DNA of 64,000 nt, taken from assembly GCF_030028105.1 (NCBI RefSeq), contig NC_092397.1:31277097-31341096 (forward strand), read 5' to 3'. This stretch comes from Mobula birostris (lineage: Eukaryota). The position numbers and the translations under genes are program-made. Shown here one piece after another: positions 1-13,029 of the stretch. Each line of letters begins with the position of its first letter. The first letter of the stretch is position 1. The notes beneath the pieces are model-generated. The model saw only the letters and a list, made by a program, of their open reading frames with translations, had not been told where the DNA came from and did no database searches.

Positions 1-1730
1 GGGGGAGATGCCAATTGACATTTGGGAAATTAAAATCTCCCACTGCGACAACTCTGTTGTTATTACTCATTTCCAGGATCTGTTTCCCTATCTGCTCCTC
101 GATATCCCTGTTACTATTGGGTGGCCTATGAAAACCACCCAGTAGAGTAATTGACCCCTTCCTGTTCCTAACCTCCACCCACAGAGACTCTGTAGACAAT
201 CCTCCCATGACGTCCTCCTTTTCTGCAGGCATGACACTATCTCTGATCAACAGTGCCACGCCCCACCACTTTGGCCTCCCTCTTTATCCTTCTTGAAACA
301 TCTAAAACCCGGCACTTGAAGTAACCATTCCTGTCCCTGAGCCATCCAAGTCTCTGTAATGGCCACCACATCATGGCTCCAAGTAGTGATACATTCTCTA
401 AGCTCATCTGCTTTGTTCACAATACTCCCTGCGTTAAAATAGACACATCTCAAACTGTTGGTCTGAGCATGTACCTTCTCTATCACTTGCCTGTCCTCCC
501 TCACACACTGTCTCCAAGCTTTCTCTATTTGTGAGCCAACCGCCTCTTCCCCAGTCTCTTCAATTCGGTCCCCACCCCCCAACAGTTCTAGTTTAAACTC
601 TCCCCAGTAGCAAACCTCCCCACAAGATATTGGTCCCCGTGGGATTCAAGTGCAACTCGTCCTTGTTGTGCAGGTCACACCTGCCCCAAAAGAGGTCCCA
701 ATGATCCAGAAATCTGAATCCCTGCCCCCTGCTTCAATCCCTCAGCCACGCATTTATCCGCCAGCTCATTCTATTCCTATACTCACTGTCGCGTGGCACA
801 GGGAGTAATCCCGAGATTACTAACTTTGCTCTCCTGCTTCTCAACTTCCTCCCTAACTCCCTGTAGACTGTGTTCAGGACCTCCACCCTTTTCCTACCTA
901 TGTCAGTGGTACCAATATGTACCACAACCTCTGGCTGTTCTCCATTCCACTGCATGATATTTTGGACGCGATCTGAAACTTCCCGGACCCTGGCATCTGG
1001 GAGGCAAACTACCATCCGTGTTTCTTTCCTGCATTCACAGAGTGCCTAACTAAAGAGTCCCCTATCACTAAGGCCTTTCTCTTTCTTTCCCTACCCTTCT
1101 GAGCCACAGGGCCGGGCTCTGTGCCAGTGGCTCGGCTGCTGTTGCTTCCCCCAGGAAGACTGTCCCACCCCGCCCCACCAACAGTTCTCAAACAGCAGTA
1201 CTTATTGTTCAGGGGGACAGCCACAGAGAGCTACTCTCTGGTACCTGACTCTTCCCCTTCCCTCTCCTGACTGTTAACCACTTGTCTGTCTCCTGTGGTC
1301 CCGGTGTGATCATCCTTGTATCACCTCCTCGCTCTCCCTGACCAGACGAAGGTCAAAGAGCTGCAACTCCCGTTCCCTGACGTGATCCCTTAGGAGCCAC
1401 AGCTCAACACAGGGGTGCGGATATTCCCGTCCAGGAGGCTGGGAGACTCCAGAACTTACCACATCTGGCACCGAGCACAGAACACCGGTGTCACACACAT
1501 ACTTCCTTTCCGCAATTAACACAGGTAAACCTACCTCGCCGCATTACCACCTAAACCAGTTGAGCCAAAGCCCTCTCATTCTGCTGCCCGCTGGATATGG
1601 CGGTCTTCTTTTTAACCTTTTCCCGCTCTACTGGCTGACGTCATGTACCTGTGCAGTCTTGCCTCTCTTTACTCCGAGTAGTAAAATGCCTTCGCTCTGG
1701 AAATCCTGAGCCGTTCCACTCGCAGCCTGC
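1..1730 (-). mobile_element. Decayed CR1-type LINE, 5' part: ORF1 (SGNH esterase-like) and start of ORF2 AP-endonuclease
   Basis: Minus-strand fragments KALVIGDSLVR / CLPDARVREVSDRV..QPEVVVHIGT (CR1 ORF1) and LRCVYFNAGSIVNKADEL..DVVAITETW (endonuclease N-terminus), split by frameshifts. Confidence 0.85.
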
Positions 1731-2439
1731 TTGCTTTTCCTCATCCTCTTTAAACCACATATTTCTCTCGTTAAACTTTTGTTACACACACATCATAATA
1801 TCTGCATTAAATTCCATCTGCCATTTTAACAGCTGGACAACGTCCCATCTCAATATTTTCTAGCCTTTCTTGCTGTCCACTGCACCCCTAATCTTGGTGT
1901 TATCTGCAAACTTGCTGATCCAGTTTACCACATTCTCATCCAGATCGTTAATACAGATGGAAAACAGCAATGGATCCAGCACTGGGAAGTTTAACCGGGA
2001 CAGGATGTACACAGTGAATGACAGGTTCCTGAGAAGTGTTCATGAACAGAGACTTGTGCGTCTCTGCCTCCACCACCTCCTCTGGCAGGTCATTCGGGAG
2101 ACCATCACCGATCCTTATCCCTCCCATCCCACCCACAATCAAGAACATCCACATTAAATATACCCAATGAATTGGCCACAGCCATCTGTGGGGATGAATT
2201 CAGAGTCCGAACCAGAATCAGGTTTATTACCACCGACATGTGTCATGAAATTTGTTAATGTAGCAGCAGCAGTTCAATGCTGTACATGATAATATAGAAA
2301 GAATAAATAAATTACAGTATGTGTGTGTATGGATATGTTTATTTTGTAGATTGAAAACAGTGCAAAAACAGAAATAACATATATAGAATACATCTAGAGC
2401 AGTTTTGTCTGTTTTAAATTGAGAAATCAACTTTCTCCA

Positions 2440-3710
2440 AACTCCTTATGAAACATATCCGCTGTCATGCCTTATTTATACTGTAGCTGCATCGATATGT
2501 TGGGACCAGGTTAGATCCTCGGAGATATTGATATCCAGGAACTTGAAATTGTTCACTCTCTCCACTTCTCATCCCTCTCTGAGGATTGGTTTGTGTTCCC
2601 TCATCGTACCTTTCCTTCAATCAGCTCTTTTGTCGCACAGACATTAAGCACAAGGTTGTTGCTGCAACACCACTCAACTAGCTGGTAAATCTTGCTCCTG
2701 TAAGTCCTCTCCTCTCCATCTGAGATTGTACCAGCAACGTTTGTATCCAGCATATTTTTGGATGGCTTTTGAGCTACGCTTAGTCACACAGTCATGGGTA
2801 GAGGGGGAGTGGAGCAGTCGGCTAAGCACAATCCCTGAGGTGCACCAGTGTCAGTGTTGATTGTCAGCGAGGAGGAGATATCAATTTGAATTGACTTTAT
2901 TTCTTGTATCCTTCATGTACATGAGGAGTAAAAATTTTTGTTACATCTCCGTCTAAATGTGCAATTTACAATCATAGTAATTTATATTAATTTATAATAA
3001 ATAGAACAGCCAGTGTAACATAGAAATACACTCAAATCAGTGTGAGTTAATCAGTCTGATGGCCTGGTGGAAGAAGCTGAGCCGGAGCCTGTGTGTCCTG
3101 GCTTTTCTGCTGCGGTCCTGTTTCCCGGATGGTTGCAGCTGGAATAGATTGTGGTTGGGGTGACTCAGGTCCCCAGTGATCCTTCAGGCCCTTTTCTCAC
3201 ACCTTCTGTTGTAAGTGTCCTCAGTGATGGGAAGTTCACAACTACAGATGCGCTGGGCTGTCTGCACCACTCTCTGTAGAGTCCTGCCATTAACGGAGAT
3301 GCAGTTCCCATACCAGGCAGTGATGCAGCCATTCAGGATATTCTCAATTTTGCCCCTGTAGAAAGTTCTTAGGATTTGGGGGCTCATAGCAAACTTCCTC
3401 ACCCGTCTGAGGTGAAAGCGGCGCTGTTGTGCCTTTTTCACCACACAGCTGGTGTGTGCAAACTGCGTGAGATCCTCGGGTATGCTGATGCTGAGGAACT
3501 TAAAGCTGTTTACCGTCTCAACCCCAGATCCACTGATGTCAATAGGGGTTAGCCCATCTCCATTAATCCGCACAGATTGTGGTCTCCCGGTTAGGAAGTC
3601 GAGGATCGAGTTGCAGAGAGACCAGGTTCTGCAGCTTATTAATCAGGACTGTGGGATTGATGGTATTAAACACTGAGCTATTGTCAATGAACAACATCCT
3701 GACACAGGCT
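2440..3710 (-). mobile_element. Rex1/L2-type LINE 3' fragments (nested)
   Basis: VNSFKFLSISI..VVKKAQQRRFHLRR..TFYRG.IENILNGCITAWYGNC motifs; counterpart at ~56060-57400 (+). Confidence 0.75.
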
Positions 3711-4911
3711 GTGCAGATGCACTACCCCTTGGTATGGAAATTATTCCTGATCTTTGTTCTAACAGGATGTCCTAGTATTCTGAGGCTGTGCCCTGTGATC
3801 CCAGGCTGCCCCGCTATCGGAAACATCCTCCCCACTCCATTGTAGGTCTTTCTATTTTTGATAGGTTTCAATGAGATTCCCTCATTCTTGTAAAGTGTAG
3901 CGAGTACAGGCCCAGGGCAGCAAACAATCCTCGTGCATTAACCCTTTTATTGCTTGGATCATTCTTGTGTACCTCCTCTGGACCCTCTCCAATGCGAGCA
4001 CGTACCTTTTTAGATAAGGGGCCCAAAACAGTTCACAATACTCCAAGTGTGATCGGACCAATGCCTTATAAACTCTGAGCATTACATTCTTGCTTTTGTG
4101 TTGTAGTCTTGAAATGAATGCTGACGTTGCATTTGATTTCCGTACCACCAAATCAACTGGCAAGTTTATCATTAGGAAACCCTGCACATCTGAGACGTGC
4201 CTGACCCCAGTACACAGGAGGCGACACCCCACCCTGGCATTTCTCTTGCTGTCACAGAATCTCCTGCACATCCCCTATACTGTGAGTCTGTTGTCATCAC
4301 TGCTGTGATTGACCTTTCCTCCCGCGGAGCATCGGACCGGGGTGTCAGTATCACTGACATGACAGGCTGCTGCTCTCTGGTTTGTCACTCTTCCAGGGGT
4401 ATCCAAAGGAGTGTACTTGTTGCTGAGGGTCACAGCCACAGGGAGACATTGCACTGTCTGTCTCTTCCCCTTTCCAGTCGTGGTAGTCACCAAACTATTT
4501 ACAGCCTGACCTCAGGTTTGACCAACCCACTGAATCTCTGGTCTCAGCATCCTGGAAACTCTAGGTCTGTCCATCTCCAGCACCATTCCCACTTCTAGTG
4601 GTCACCCTCATGCATTAATCCTTTTATTGCCACGATCATTTGTGGCACCTTGTCAAAGAAAGCCTTTTGAAAGTCCAAGTATATGACATCAGTGCATCCC
4701 CTTTATCCATCCTGCGTGTAATCTCCTCAAGGTAGTCCAACAGGTTCATCAGGCAAGACTTTCCCTTAAGGAAACCGTGCTGACTTTGTCCTTTCTTGTC
4801 CTGTGTTTCCAATACTCTTCAATAATTGACTCCGGTATCTTCCCAACCACTGAGGTCAGTCTAACTGGTCTATATTTCCCTTTCTGCTGCCTTGCTTTGT
4901 TATATGCCCTC

Positions 4912-5622
4912 TGTTACGTACCCCGTAACTGGGTTGCCAAACCAGCAGAAATGGATCACTCAGTTGGAGTCTGGATTACTGGAACTAAGAAAGTTTTATT
5001 AAAGAAACAAGCAACACAGTAATTGAAAGGATAATAAATGCAGCAGTTCAGCAATGATAAACACACATGTGCACAGAATTAAGATAACAGCATCAATCAA
5101 GCTCTATCGTCACTAATTTCAAAGTGACACAAAAGTTCAGTCCAATTTAGTTCAGTTCGCAGTAATCGTTGCCATGGCGATAGACAACGTGGGGGGAGCG
5201 AGAGAGAGAGAATGGGAACGACTGATCATTCAGACACGGCTTCCACTCACAGACCGGCGATATGGCTCACAAACAGCTTCCAGGCAGGTCCTTGGTGATG
5301 TCACCTGAGGTCACCGACTGTGACCCCTCCTCCAGATGCGGTCGATCCTCTGCAGTGAACCCGGCACCCAAGCGAGGGTGGACACACACCGGGTTCCCGC
5401 TGATCGTACCTTTCCACCCTGTGCGTTTAAGGCTGATCCCCCGATCAGCCATCCAAGAGCTTCTCACCGACTTGTGAGAGGCGCACCGCTTCCAGGGTCT
5501 CGTTACCTCGGGTGTCGTGTGTCCTGCCTTAGCGAACCTGTCCTTTTTTATCCCCCTGCTGGGGTATCGCCTGTCCATCACTTCAAACAGTTCAGGGTTC
5601 AAAGGGGGAGTGTGTGTGTGTG

Positions 5623-5660
<38 letters not shown>

Positions 5661-5901
5661 CCCCCCCCCCATTACACATCTTCACATCGCCTGTCCATCA
5701 CTTTAAACAGTTCAGGGTTCAAAGGGGGAGCCGATCTTGGCAATACCCAGACTGATGGCTCCTTCATTACCATCTCCACATGCTGCTTCATTGTTCCTTA
5801 TCTCTCCTTCCCCCTGAGGACAGGTGGCAGACCAACTGCTGATGCCACTGATGCTAACCCAGGCCAGCAAACATCTTAATTTTATGTGTATTCTCATCAC
5901 A
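4912..5901 (-). mobile_element. Solo LTR (~990 bp), probably Ty3/Gypsy-type
   Basis: Starts TGTTAC, ends ATCACA, 4-bp TSD CCTC (4908-4911, 5902-5905); homologous site in the other arm (~54740) has a single CCTC; AATAAA on - strand near 4995. Confidence 0.85.
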
Positions 5902-7030
5902 CCTCCCTTTTGGTTTTACATTAGCTTTGATTTCCTTGTCAGCCACGGTTGTACTATTTTGCCATTTGAGTATTTATTTGTTTTTGGAATACATTCATCC
6001 TGCACCTCCCTCATTCTCCCCAGAAACTGTTGCTTCTCTGCTGCCATCCCTGCCAGCATCTCCTTCCAATTTATTCTAGCCAACTCTTCTCTCATACCAC
6101 TGTAACTGCCTTTACTCCACTGAAACACTGCTGTGTCAGACTGTACATTCTCCCTATCCAGTTTCAGGTTGAACTCAATGATACTGAGATCACTGCCTCC
6201 TAAGGGTTCTTTTACCTAAAGCTCCCTAATCACCTCCAGTTTATTCAATAACACACAATCCAGTATAGCTGTTCCCCTAGTAGCTCAATGACAAACTGCT
6301 CCAAAAAGCCATCTGTTCGGCATTCACCAAACTCACTCTCGAGATCTATTTCCAACCTGATTTTTCCCAATCGACCTGCATGTTAAAATCTCCCATGACT
6401 CCGATGAAATCTCCCACAACATTGCCCTTTTGACCTGCCTTTTCTATTTCCTGTTGTAATCTGTGGTCCACGTACCAGCAACTGTTGGGAGGCCTGTATA
6501 CAACTACCATCAACGTCCTTTTTACACTTGCAGTTTTTAAACTCAGCTCACAAGGATTCAACATCTTCTGATCCTGTGTCACATCTTTCTACTGATTCGT
6601 TACCATTCTTTACCAGCAGAGCCACGCCATCCCCATTGCCTACCTTCCTATCCCTCTGATACGTGTAACCTGGGGCATTTAGCTCCCAAATACAATCATT
6701 CTTCAGCTGTGATTCAGTGATGGTCACAACATTAAACATGACAATCCGTAATAGGGCAATAAGATTATCCACCTTATTTCTTACACTCCGTGTATTGAGA
6801 TATAACAGTTTGAGTTCTGCATTTGCTACCCTAATTGATTTTGCATCCCTCATGCACTGATATTCACCCTGCTGGCTGCAGTTATGTCCTATCATCTGCC
6901 TGCCCTTCCTGACAGTGTGACTGCATGCGATCTTTGCTTTTTTACCATCTGTCCTATCTTGCATCCTTTCACACCAGTTCCCATGCTCCTGCCAAATTAG
7001 TTTAAACCCTCCCCAACCGCTCTAACAAAC
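5902..7030 (-). mobile_element. Decayed CR1 ORF2 endonuclease region
   Basis: LKLLYLNTRSVRNKVDNL..VTITES, VVYRPPNS, MGDFNMQVDW motifs; counterpart 53630-54760 (+). Confidence 0.8.
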
Positions 7031-8069
7031 CAGCAGTATACCCACAAGAAACTAATCTCAGAGTTGTATATGGTGACAGAAATGTATTTTGATAATACAT
7101 TTACTTTCAGCTTTGAACTTTGTAGTAGAGAGCCGGGTGTTGTACTGGTCTGTGTCCTCACTGGCCGGTGCTGTGCTCTGGCAGCTCAGTGTGCTTGGTA
7201 TATAGTGTCAGTGTTTCAACAGAAGTGTGTCCTTATTACACAATTGATCTTGTCCATCCTGGAGTTTGGTAGATTCACTGGCGACCAGAGTGATTTTTTT
7301 CAGACTATTATTGGGCAGAGAATCATTCTGTGATCGTCGAGACTATTTGACCCATCAAATTTATACCAACTCCTGCTACAACATTTCCACAATCCCATTC
7401 CCCACTCTGTCCCCACAGCTCTGCAGGTCATTTCCCCTGAAGGACCTGTCTAATTCCTCTTTGAACACTGGTTGTTCCTGCCACCACTCTGCTGAGTCCC
7501 ATATTTCCCAAGGTGAAGTCAAGAATGTCCCCCTCCCTGGTAGACCACATATTGTTTCAGGAAATCTTCCTGAACACAGATAATGCTCCATCCAAGCCTT
7601 AGGGTGCAAGGGAGTCCCAGTTACTCTGGGGAGATTATTCACTCACCACATCTACTCTGTAGTTTTTACATCAGTCCATAACCTGCCGACATATCTGTTC
7701 CTCTCTTACTGGCCGTTGTGAGGCTTCCAGTATAATCCTAGCACGGGGATTGCTCCTTTCTTATTCCTGAACTTCACCCACATTGTCTGACTGGAAGAGC
7801 CTCCAGAGTGACCTCGACCTTGTGACATTCTGCCTGATCAGCCGTACAGATCCCCAACCTCATTCACCTCCCTCTGGACTGTCTGAATCATCTGAATCCT
7901 GGAATGTTTCACTTCCAGTCTTGCCCTTCTCTCAGCTGGATCTCTGTAAACACAAAATACACAGCGGATGCTGGGGTCAAAGCAACATGCACACCACGCT
8001 GGAGGAACTCAGCAGGTCGGGCAGCATCCGTGGAAACGAAAAGTCACCGTTTTGGGCCGGAAATGTGAT

Positions 8070-9110
8070 ACCTTGTTTTTTTCCTTCCCTCGCTAGCGAG
8101 TGGTACTGGGATTATCCCCCACCCCCACCACAGAGTTTCTACTTAACTTTTCCCCAACTCCCTAAGTTCTCTTTGCAGGACTTTGTCTCTTTTGTTAGAG
8201 CCAATATGGACCACGACCTCTGGCTGCTCACCCTGCCCTTTCAGAATGGCCTGTACTTGTTCAGTTCCATCCCTGTCCCTGGTACCAGGGAGGTAATGCA
8301 CCATCGTGCAGTCTCTCTCCTTACCACAGCTACACCTGACTGTGACCCTGGCTAAAGACTCCCCTGTCACTGAGGCTCACCGAGAACACAGAACAGTACA
8401 GCACAGGAACAGACCCTTCTTCCCATGATGTCTGTGCTGAACACGATGCCAAATGAAACTTAATCTCTTCTGCCTGCTTATAATTCATGTGCTTAAATTC
8501 TCTGAATATTCATGGACTTGTCTAAAACCCTGTTAAATGTCATTATCGTATCTGCTTCCACCACTCCCCATGGCAGCCCATACCCGGCCCTCACCACTCT
8601 CTGTACAGAAACAGAAATCTTACCTGCCCTAACGTCCACCTTTAAATTCTCACCCTGGCATTTTAAAGCTGCACCTTCTCATATTTGATATTTCTACCCT
8701 GGCAAAATGATTCTGCCTGTTTACCTTGTCTACACCTCTCATAGTTTTATAAACTTCTGTCAGGTCTCCTCTCAGTCTCCTTCACTCCAGGGAAGACAGT
8801 CCCAGTCGGTCTGATCTTTCCTTGTAACTCAAGCCCCCAGTCCAGATAACATTCCTGTGAATCGTTTGTGCACCTTTCCAGCTTAATCACATCCTTCCTC
8901 TCATGTGACCAGAACTGCACAGGGTACTCCTGGTGTGGTGTCATTATTGATATGTACAACTGTAATGTGATGACCCAACTCCTCTCAGAGCCTTTGCCAA
9001 TGAAGACAAGCATGTCGTGTTCCTTCTTCACCACCTTTTCTACCTGTGTTGGCACTTTCAGGGAATTACGCACCTGTGCCCCAGGTTTCTCTTTCATCAA
9101 CACTCCTCAG
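8070..9110 (-). mobile_element. CR1 fragments (ORF1 piece and ORF2 3' end)
   Basis: GEQPEVVVHIG and LQLY.SI.TPH.EY.VQFWS..RKDVIKLER motifs; counterpart 50920-51960 (+). Confidence 0.75.
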
Positions 9111-10877
9111 GACCCTCCATTCACTGGATATGTCCTGACCTGCTTTAACTTCCCAAAATCCATCATTGTGCACTTGTCTGTCACAGTAACAACACTTCTC
9201 TGTTTCTCCGCACCAACAACCCAGCAGTGAATGTCAATGAACCATTCAGCTCTGAACCTTGGTCATATATGGTTTTATGAACCACTCACTGCATCCATCT
9301 CTATTTTGTTGTGTAGTTCAGCACCTTGACCCCTCTCTATTTCTCTCGTTTACAATTTATCTCCACATAAATCACAGTCTGACTTTTGATTCCTCCTACC
9401 ACTCTACACGCCATCACACTTCACCACATTAAACTCCATTTACCAAGTATTCTACTCACCAGCTTCTTCTTATCCTGTTGGAGAGATGAAATGTCCAATC
9501 ACAACATGTCTCCCACCACATTCCCTGTCATTGAACTCCCTCCTCTAGGTCATTAATATCAATAATAAATCATTGTCGATCCAGAACTGGTCACTGGGAA
9601 ACTCCACTAGTAATATCATCCCAGTCTGAAACAGACCTGTTATTCTGTCTCAGTATGGTAACCAGTCTTCAGTCAGTATTAACACACTTCCTTCCCAGTA
9701 CTGAGCTCTGGTCTTGTGCACCAGCCTGACATGTGGCACCTTGGCAAATGGCTCCCAAAAATCCAAAAACACCACTTCTCCAACTTCCTCTGTAAAGTCT
9801 CAAATCTCTGGTATGTTTGTCAAACATGACTGAACATTCAACAACCCAGGTTACAGGGTCCAAGACCAGGTTCCAGATGGACAGGGTGGTGAAGAGGCTT
9901 TTGGAACACTGGCCTTCAGTCAGGGCACCGAATATAGAAGCTGGGATGAAATGTTGCAGTTGTCCAACACGTTGGTTTGGCCGCATTTCGCAAATAGTGT
10001 TTAGTTTCAGTGACCCTGCAGTGTGACAGACACCATTAAGCTGGGAAGAGAGCAGAGGAGATTTACGAGGATGTTGCTGGATCTTGAAGGACTGATTTGT
10101 GGAAAGCGTTTTGGTCAATTTTCCCTGGAATGTTGGAGAATGAGTAATGATATTGCAGAGGTGTAAAAAATAATAAGGGGCCTGAGTTGGGTCAAAGATA
10201 ACAATTATTTTGCCAGTGTTGGGGAATCAAGAACTGGAGGGCATTGGTTTAAGATGAGATTTAATAGGAACCTGAAGGGCAACTTTTCCAGTTGGTGGTG
10301 GTGAGGGGGTTACAGACCACGAACTCAGATGGAAACTTTGGTCATAGTGGACAATTTGAGCTGAAGGTCTTGTTTCTGTGCTGTGTGAATCTGACTGTAA
10401 ACCCTGTTGACTTAGTTCAATGACATTAAACTTTTCGAAATGATTTGCTATTTCTTGATAGATTATCGACTCCAGTACCTGAAGTGAAGTTAACAGGACT
10501 ACAGTTGCCTTCCACCCTTCTTCAACAATGGTTTTCAACTAACTGGGACCTTTCTGTAACAGTGAGTTTTGACAGACTTCAATGTCTCTCCTTTCTCTCC
10601 AGACTTTATTGCAGGTCGTTGGGACCTGGTAATGTTTGCTTTTAGTCCCATTAGTTTCTCCCTGGAGACAGCGGTTGTTACACATTATGGCACAATATTG
10701 AAATGTCACCATCAGATATCTGTGGGATGTTTTCTGTGTCCCCACTGTGAACACTAACTCCTTGTTGGTCTGATGGTCTGATGTTCAGTGCAGACTGGCA
10801 ATCCTGTGACACCGCTGGTGCTTGACTCCATCGGTCTCCGCTGTTGCTCTGGAATCATCAGCTCCTGCATGGGCGAC

Positions 10878-11613
10878 TGCTTGCTTTACGTATCGTACTT
10901 CCCTGACTTGCTTTACGTTTTGTACGTCCCTGACTTGCTTTACGTTTCGTACGTCCCTGACTTGCTTTATGTATCGTACGTCCCCGACTTGCTATACGTA
11001 TCGTACGTCCCCGACTTGCTTTACGTATCGTACGTCCCCGACTTGCTTTACGTTTCGTACGTCCCCGACTTGCTTTACGTTTCGTACGTCCCTGACTTGC
11101 TTTACGTTTCGCACGTCCCTGACTTGCTTTACGTTTCGTACGTCCCTGACTTGCTTTACGTTTCGTACGTCCCTGACTTGCTTTACGTTTCGTACGTCCC
11201 CGACTTGCTTTACGTTTCGTACGTCCCTGACTTGCTTTACGTTTCGTACGTCCCCGACTTGCTTTACGTTTCGTACGTCCCTGACTTGCTTTACGTTTCG
11301 TACGTCCCTGACTTGCTTTACCTATCGTACTTCCCTAACTTGCTTTACGTATCGTACGTCCCCGACTTGCTTTACGTTTCGTACGTCCCCGACTTGCTTT
11401 ACGTTTCGTACGTCCCTGACTTGCTTTACGTTTCGTACGTCCCCGACTTGCTTTACGTTTCGTACGTCCTTGACTTGCTTTACGTTTCGTACGTCCCTGA
11501 CTTGCTTTACGTTTCGTACGTCCCTGACTTGCTTTACGTTTCGTACGTCCCTGACTTGCTTTACGTTTCGTACTTCCCTGACTTGCTTTACGTATCGTAC
11601 TTCCCCGACTTGC
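10878..11613 (+). repeat. 27-bp minisatellite, 27 copies, consensus GACTTGCTTTACGTWTCGTACKTCCCY
   Basis: Directly visible period of 27 (units at 10878, 10905 ... 11607); translates as (DLLYVSYVP)n. Confidence 0.97.
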
Positions 11614-11689
11614 ATATCGACTTCCACAGCTAGGGCGCAATATCCATGGTCGACCCTGACCAGCGGAGAGCCATCACCAACATGTTTGC

Positions 11690-12050
11690 ATGTGGCCTCC
11701 TCTACTGCTATGACGAAGCCAAATACAGGTTAGCCGAACAACGCCTCATATTCTGACTGTGCAGCCTCCAATCTTGATAGAATGAACATTGATTTCTACC
11801 AATTCCGGATATCACTGCACTCTGTTTCCCTCACCCCCACTTCTTTTCCCCCATTCTGATACCATTTAACCCCTTCACCTCTCTTCACACACCCTCATGA
11901 CCTGCCCATCAACTCTGTCTGGTTCTCCACCTCCTTCGTGTCATCCCATGGTCCAAAGTTCTCTCCTATTGGATTCCTTTCTCTTCATCGCTTTGCCTTT
12001 TCTGCCTGTCACCCAGCTCCTCAGATCATCATCCCTCCACAAACCACACG
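11690..12050 (+). mobile_element. Penelope-like element 3' remnant
   Basis: GGCCTCCTCTACTGC..GAACAACGCCTCATATT..ATGAACATTGATTTC resembles the element ends at 32950-33040 and 36720-36830, followed by a pyrimidine-rich tract. Confidence 0.6.
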
Positions 12051-12059
12051 TTCCCTAAG

Positions 12060-12425
12060 GATGAGCTGTACCTAATGCAATCTGCAAGAGAACTGAGACT
12101 TCAGAAAAGATTTGTTTTCCAGCAAGACAATGACTGCGAGCTTAAAACCAAAGCTGCACAGGAATGCCTTAAGACAACACAGTTCATGTCCTGGTGTGGC
12201 CAAGTCAGAGTCCAGACCTCAGTCTGTGGCTGGACTTGAAAAGGGCTGTTCACTCATAAACTCTGTGCATTCTGACAGACCTTGAGCAGTTTTGTAAGGA
12301 AGAATGGGAAAAATTGCAGTGTCCAGATGTGCAAAGCTGATAGTGACCTATCCACATAGACTCATGGTTGTAATTGCTGCCAACGGTCCATCGACTAAAT
12401 ACTGACTTGAAGGAGGTGAATACAC
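12060..12425 (+). mobile_element. Tc1-like transposase 3' fragment
   Basis: FVFQQDND..L.WPSQSPDL-like sequence; reverse complement of 47630-48000. Confidence 0.8.
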
Positions 12426-13029
12426 CTACCTGCACAGGGTCCATTCCCTGTACGTTATATTACATGACACCCTTACTCTTATGCTTAACACCCTGACCAG
12501 TGGAAACCAGCATTCTGCACACCTTATCCCGTTGTGTAGCCACATTCAGTGAACTATGTGCCTGGATCCCAAGATCACTCTTTACACCAATGCTGTGAAG
12601 GGGTCAGTTATTAACATTATACTTTCTTCTTTCATTTGACCTCCCAAACTGCAATGCCACATTCCCTCCCAGATTAAATTCCTTCTGCAGCTACTCTGCA
12701 TATCTGTTTGTGATCTGTATCCCACTGTGTGCATTGATCAATATCTACACTGTCCACAATTCCACCTATCTTGCTGTCACCTGTAGACTTGTAAACCGCC
12801 CATCAACATTTTCATCCAAACATCGATATATATCAGAAACAACATAATTCCCAGCATCAATCCTTGTGGATCACCACTGCTCACAGACTTCCAGCCCTAC
12901 TTAGCCTTCTATGAGAAAGCCATTTCTGAATTGAAATTGCAATTTATATTGAATCCCACTGCTCTTTTTCAAATGCCTTACTGAGGTTTATGCGGATCAT
13001 GTCCACAGCCTTGCCCTCATCAAGCACCA

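Noticed and set aside
10878-11613. 27-bp array as a CRISPR locus
   Set aside because: Units are head-to-tail with no unique spacers, no cas genes, eukaryotic context
10788-11733. 281-aa and 303-aa ORFs as real proteins
   Set aside because: They are open only because a 27-bp unit lacks stops in those frames; no ATG/promoter support for a gene and no non-repeat domain
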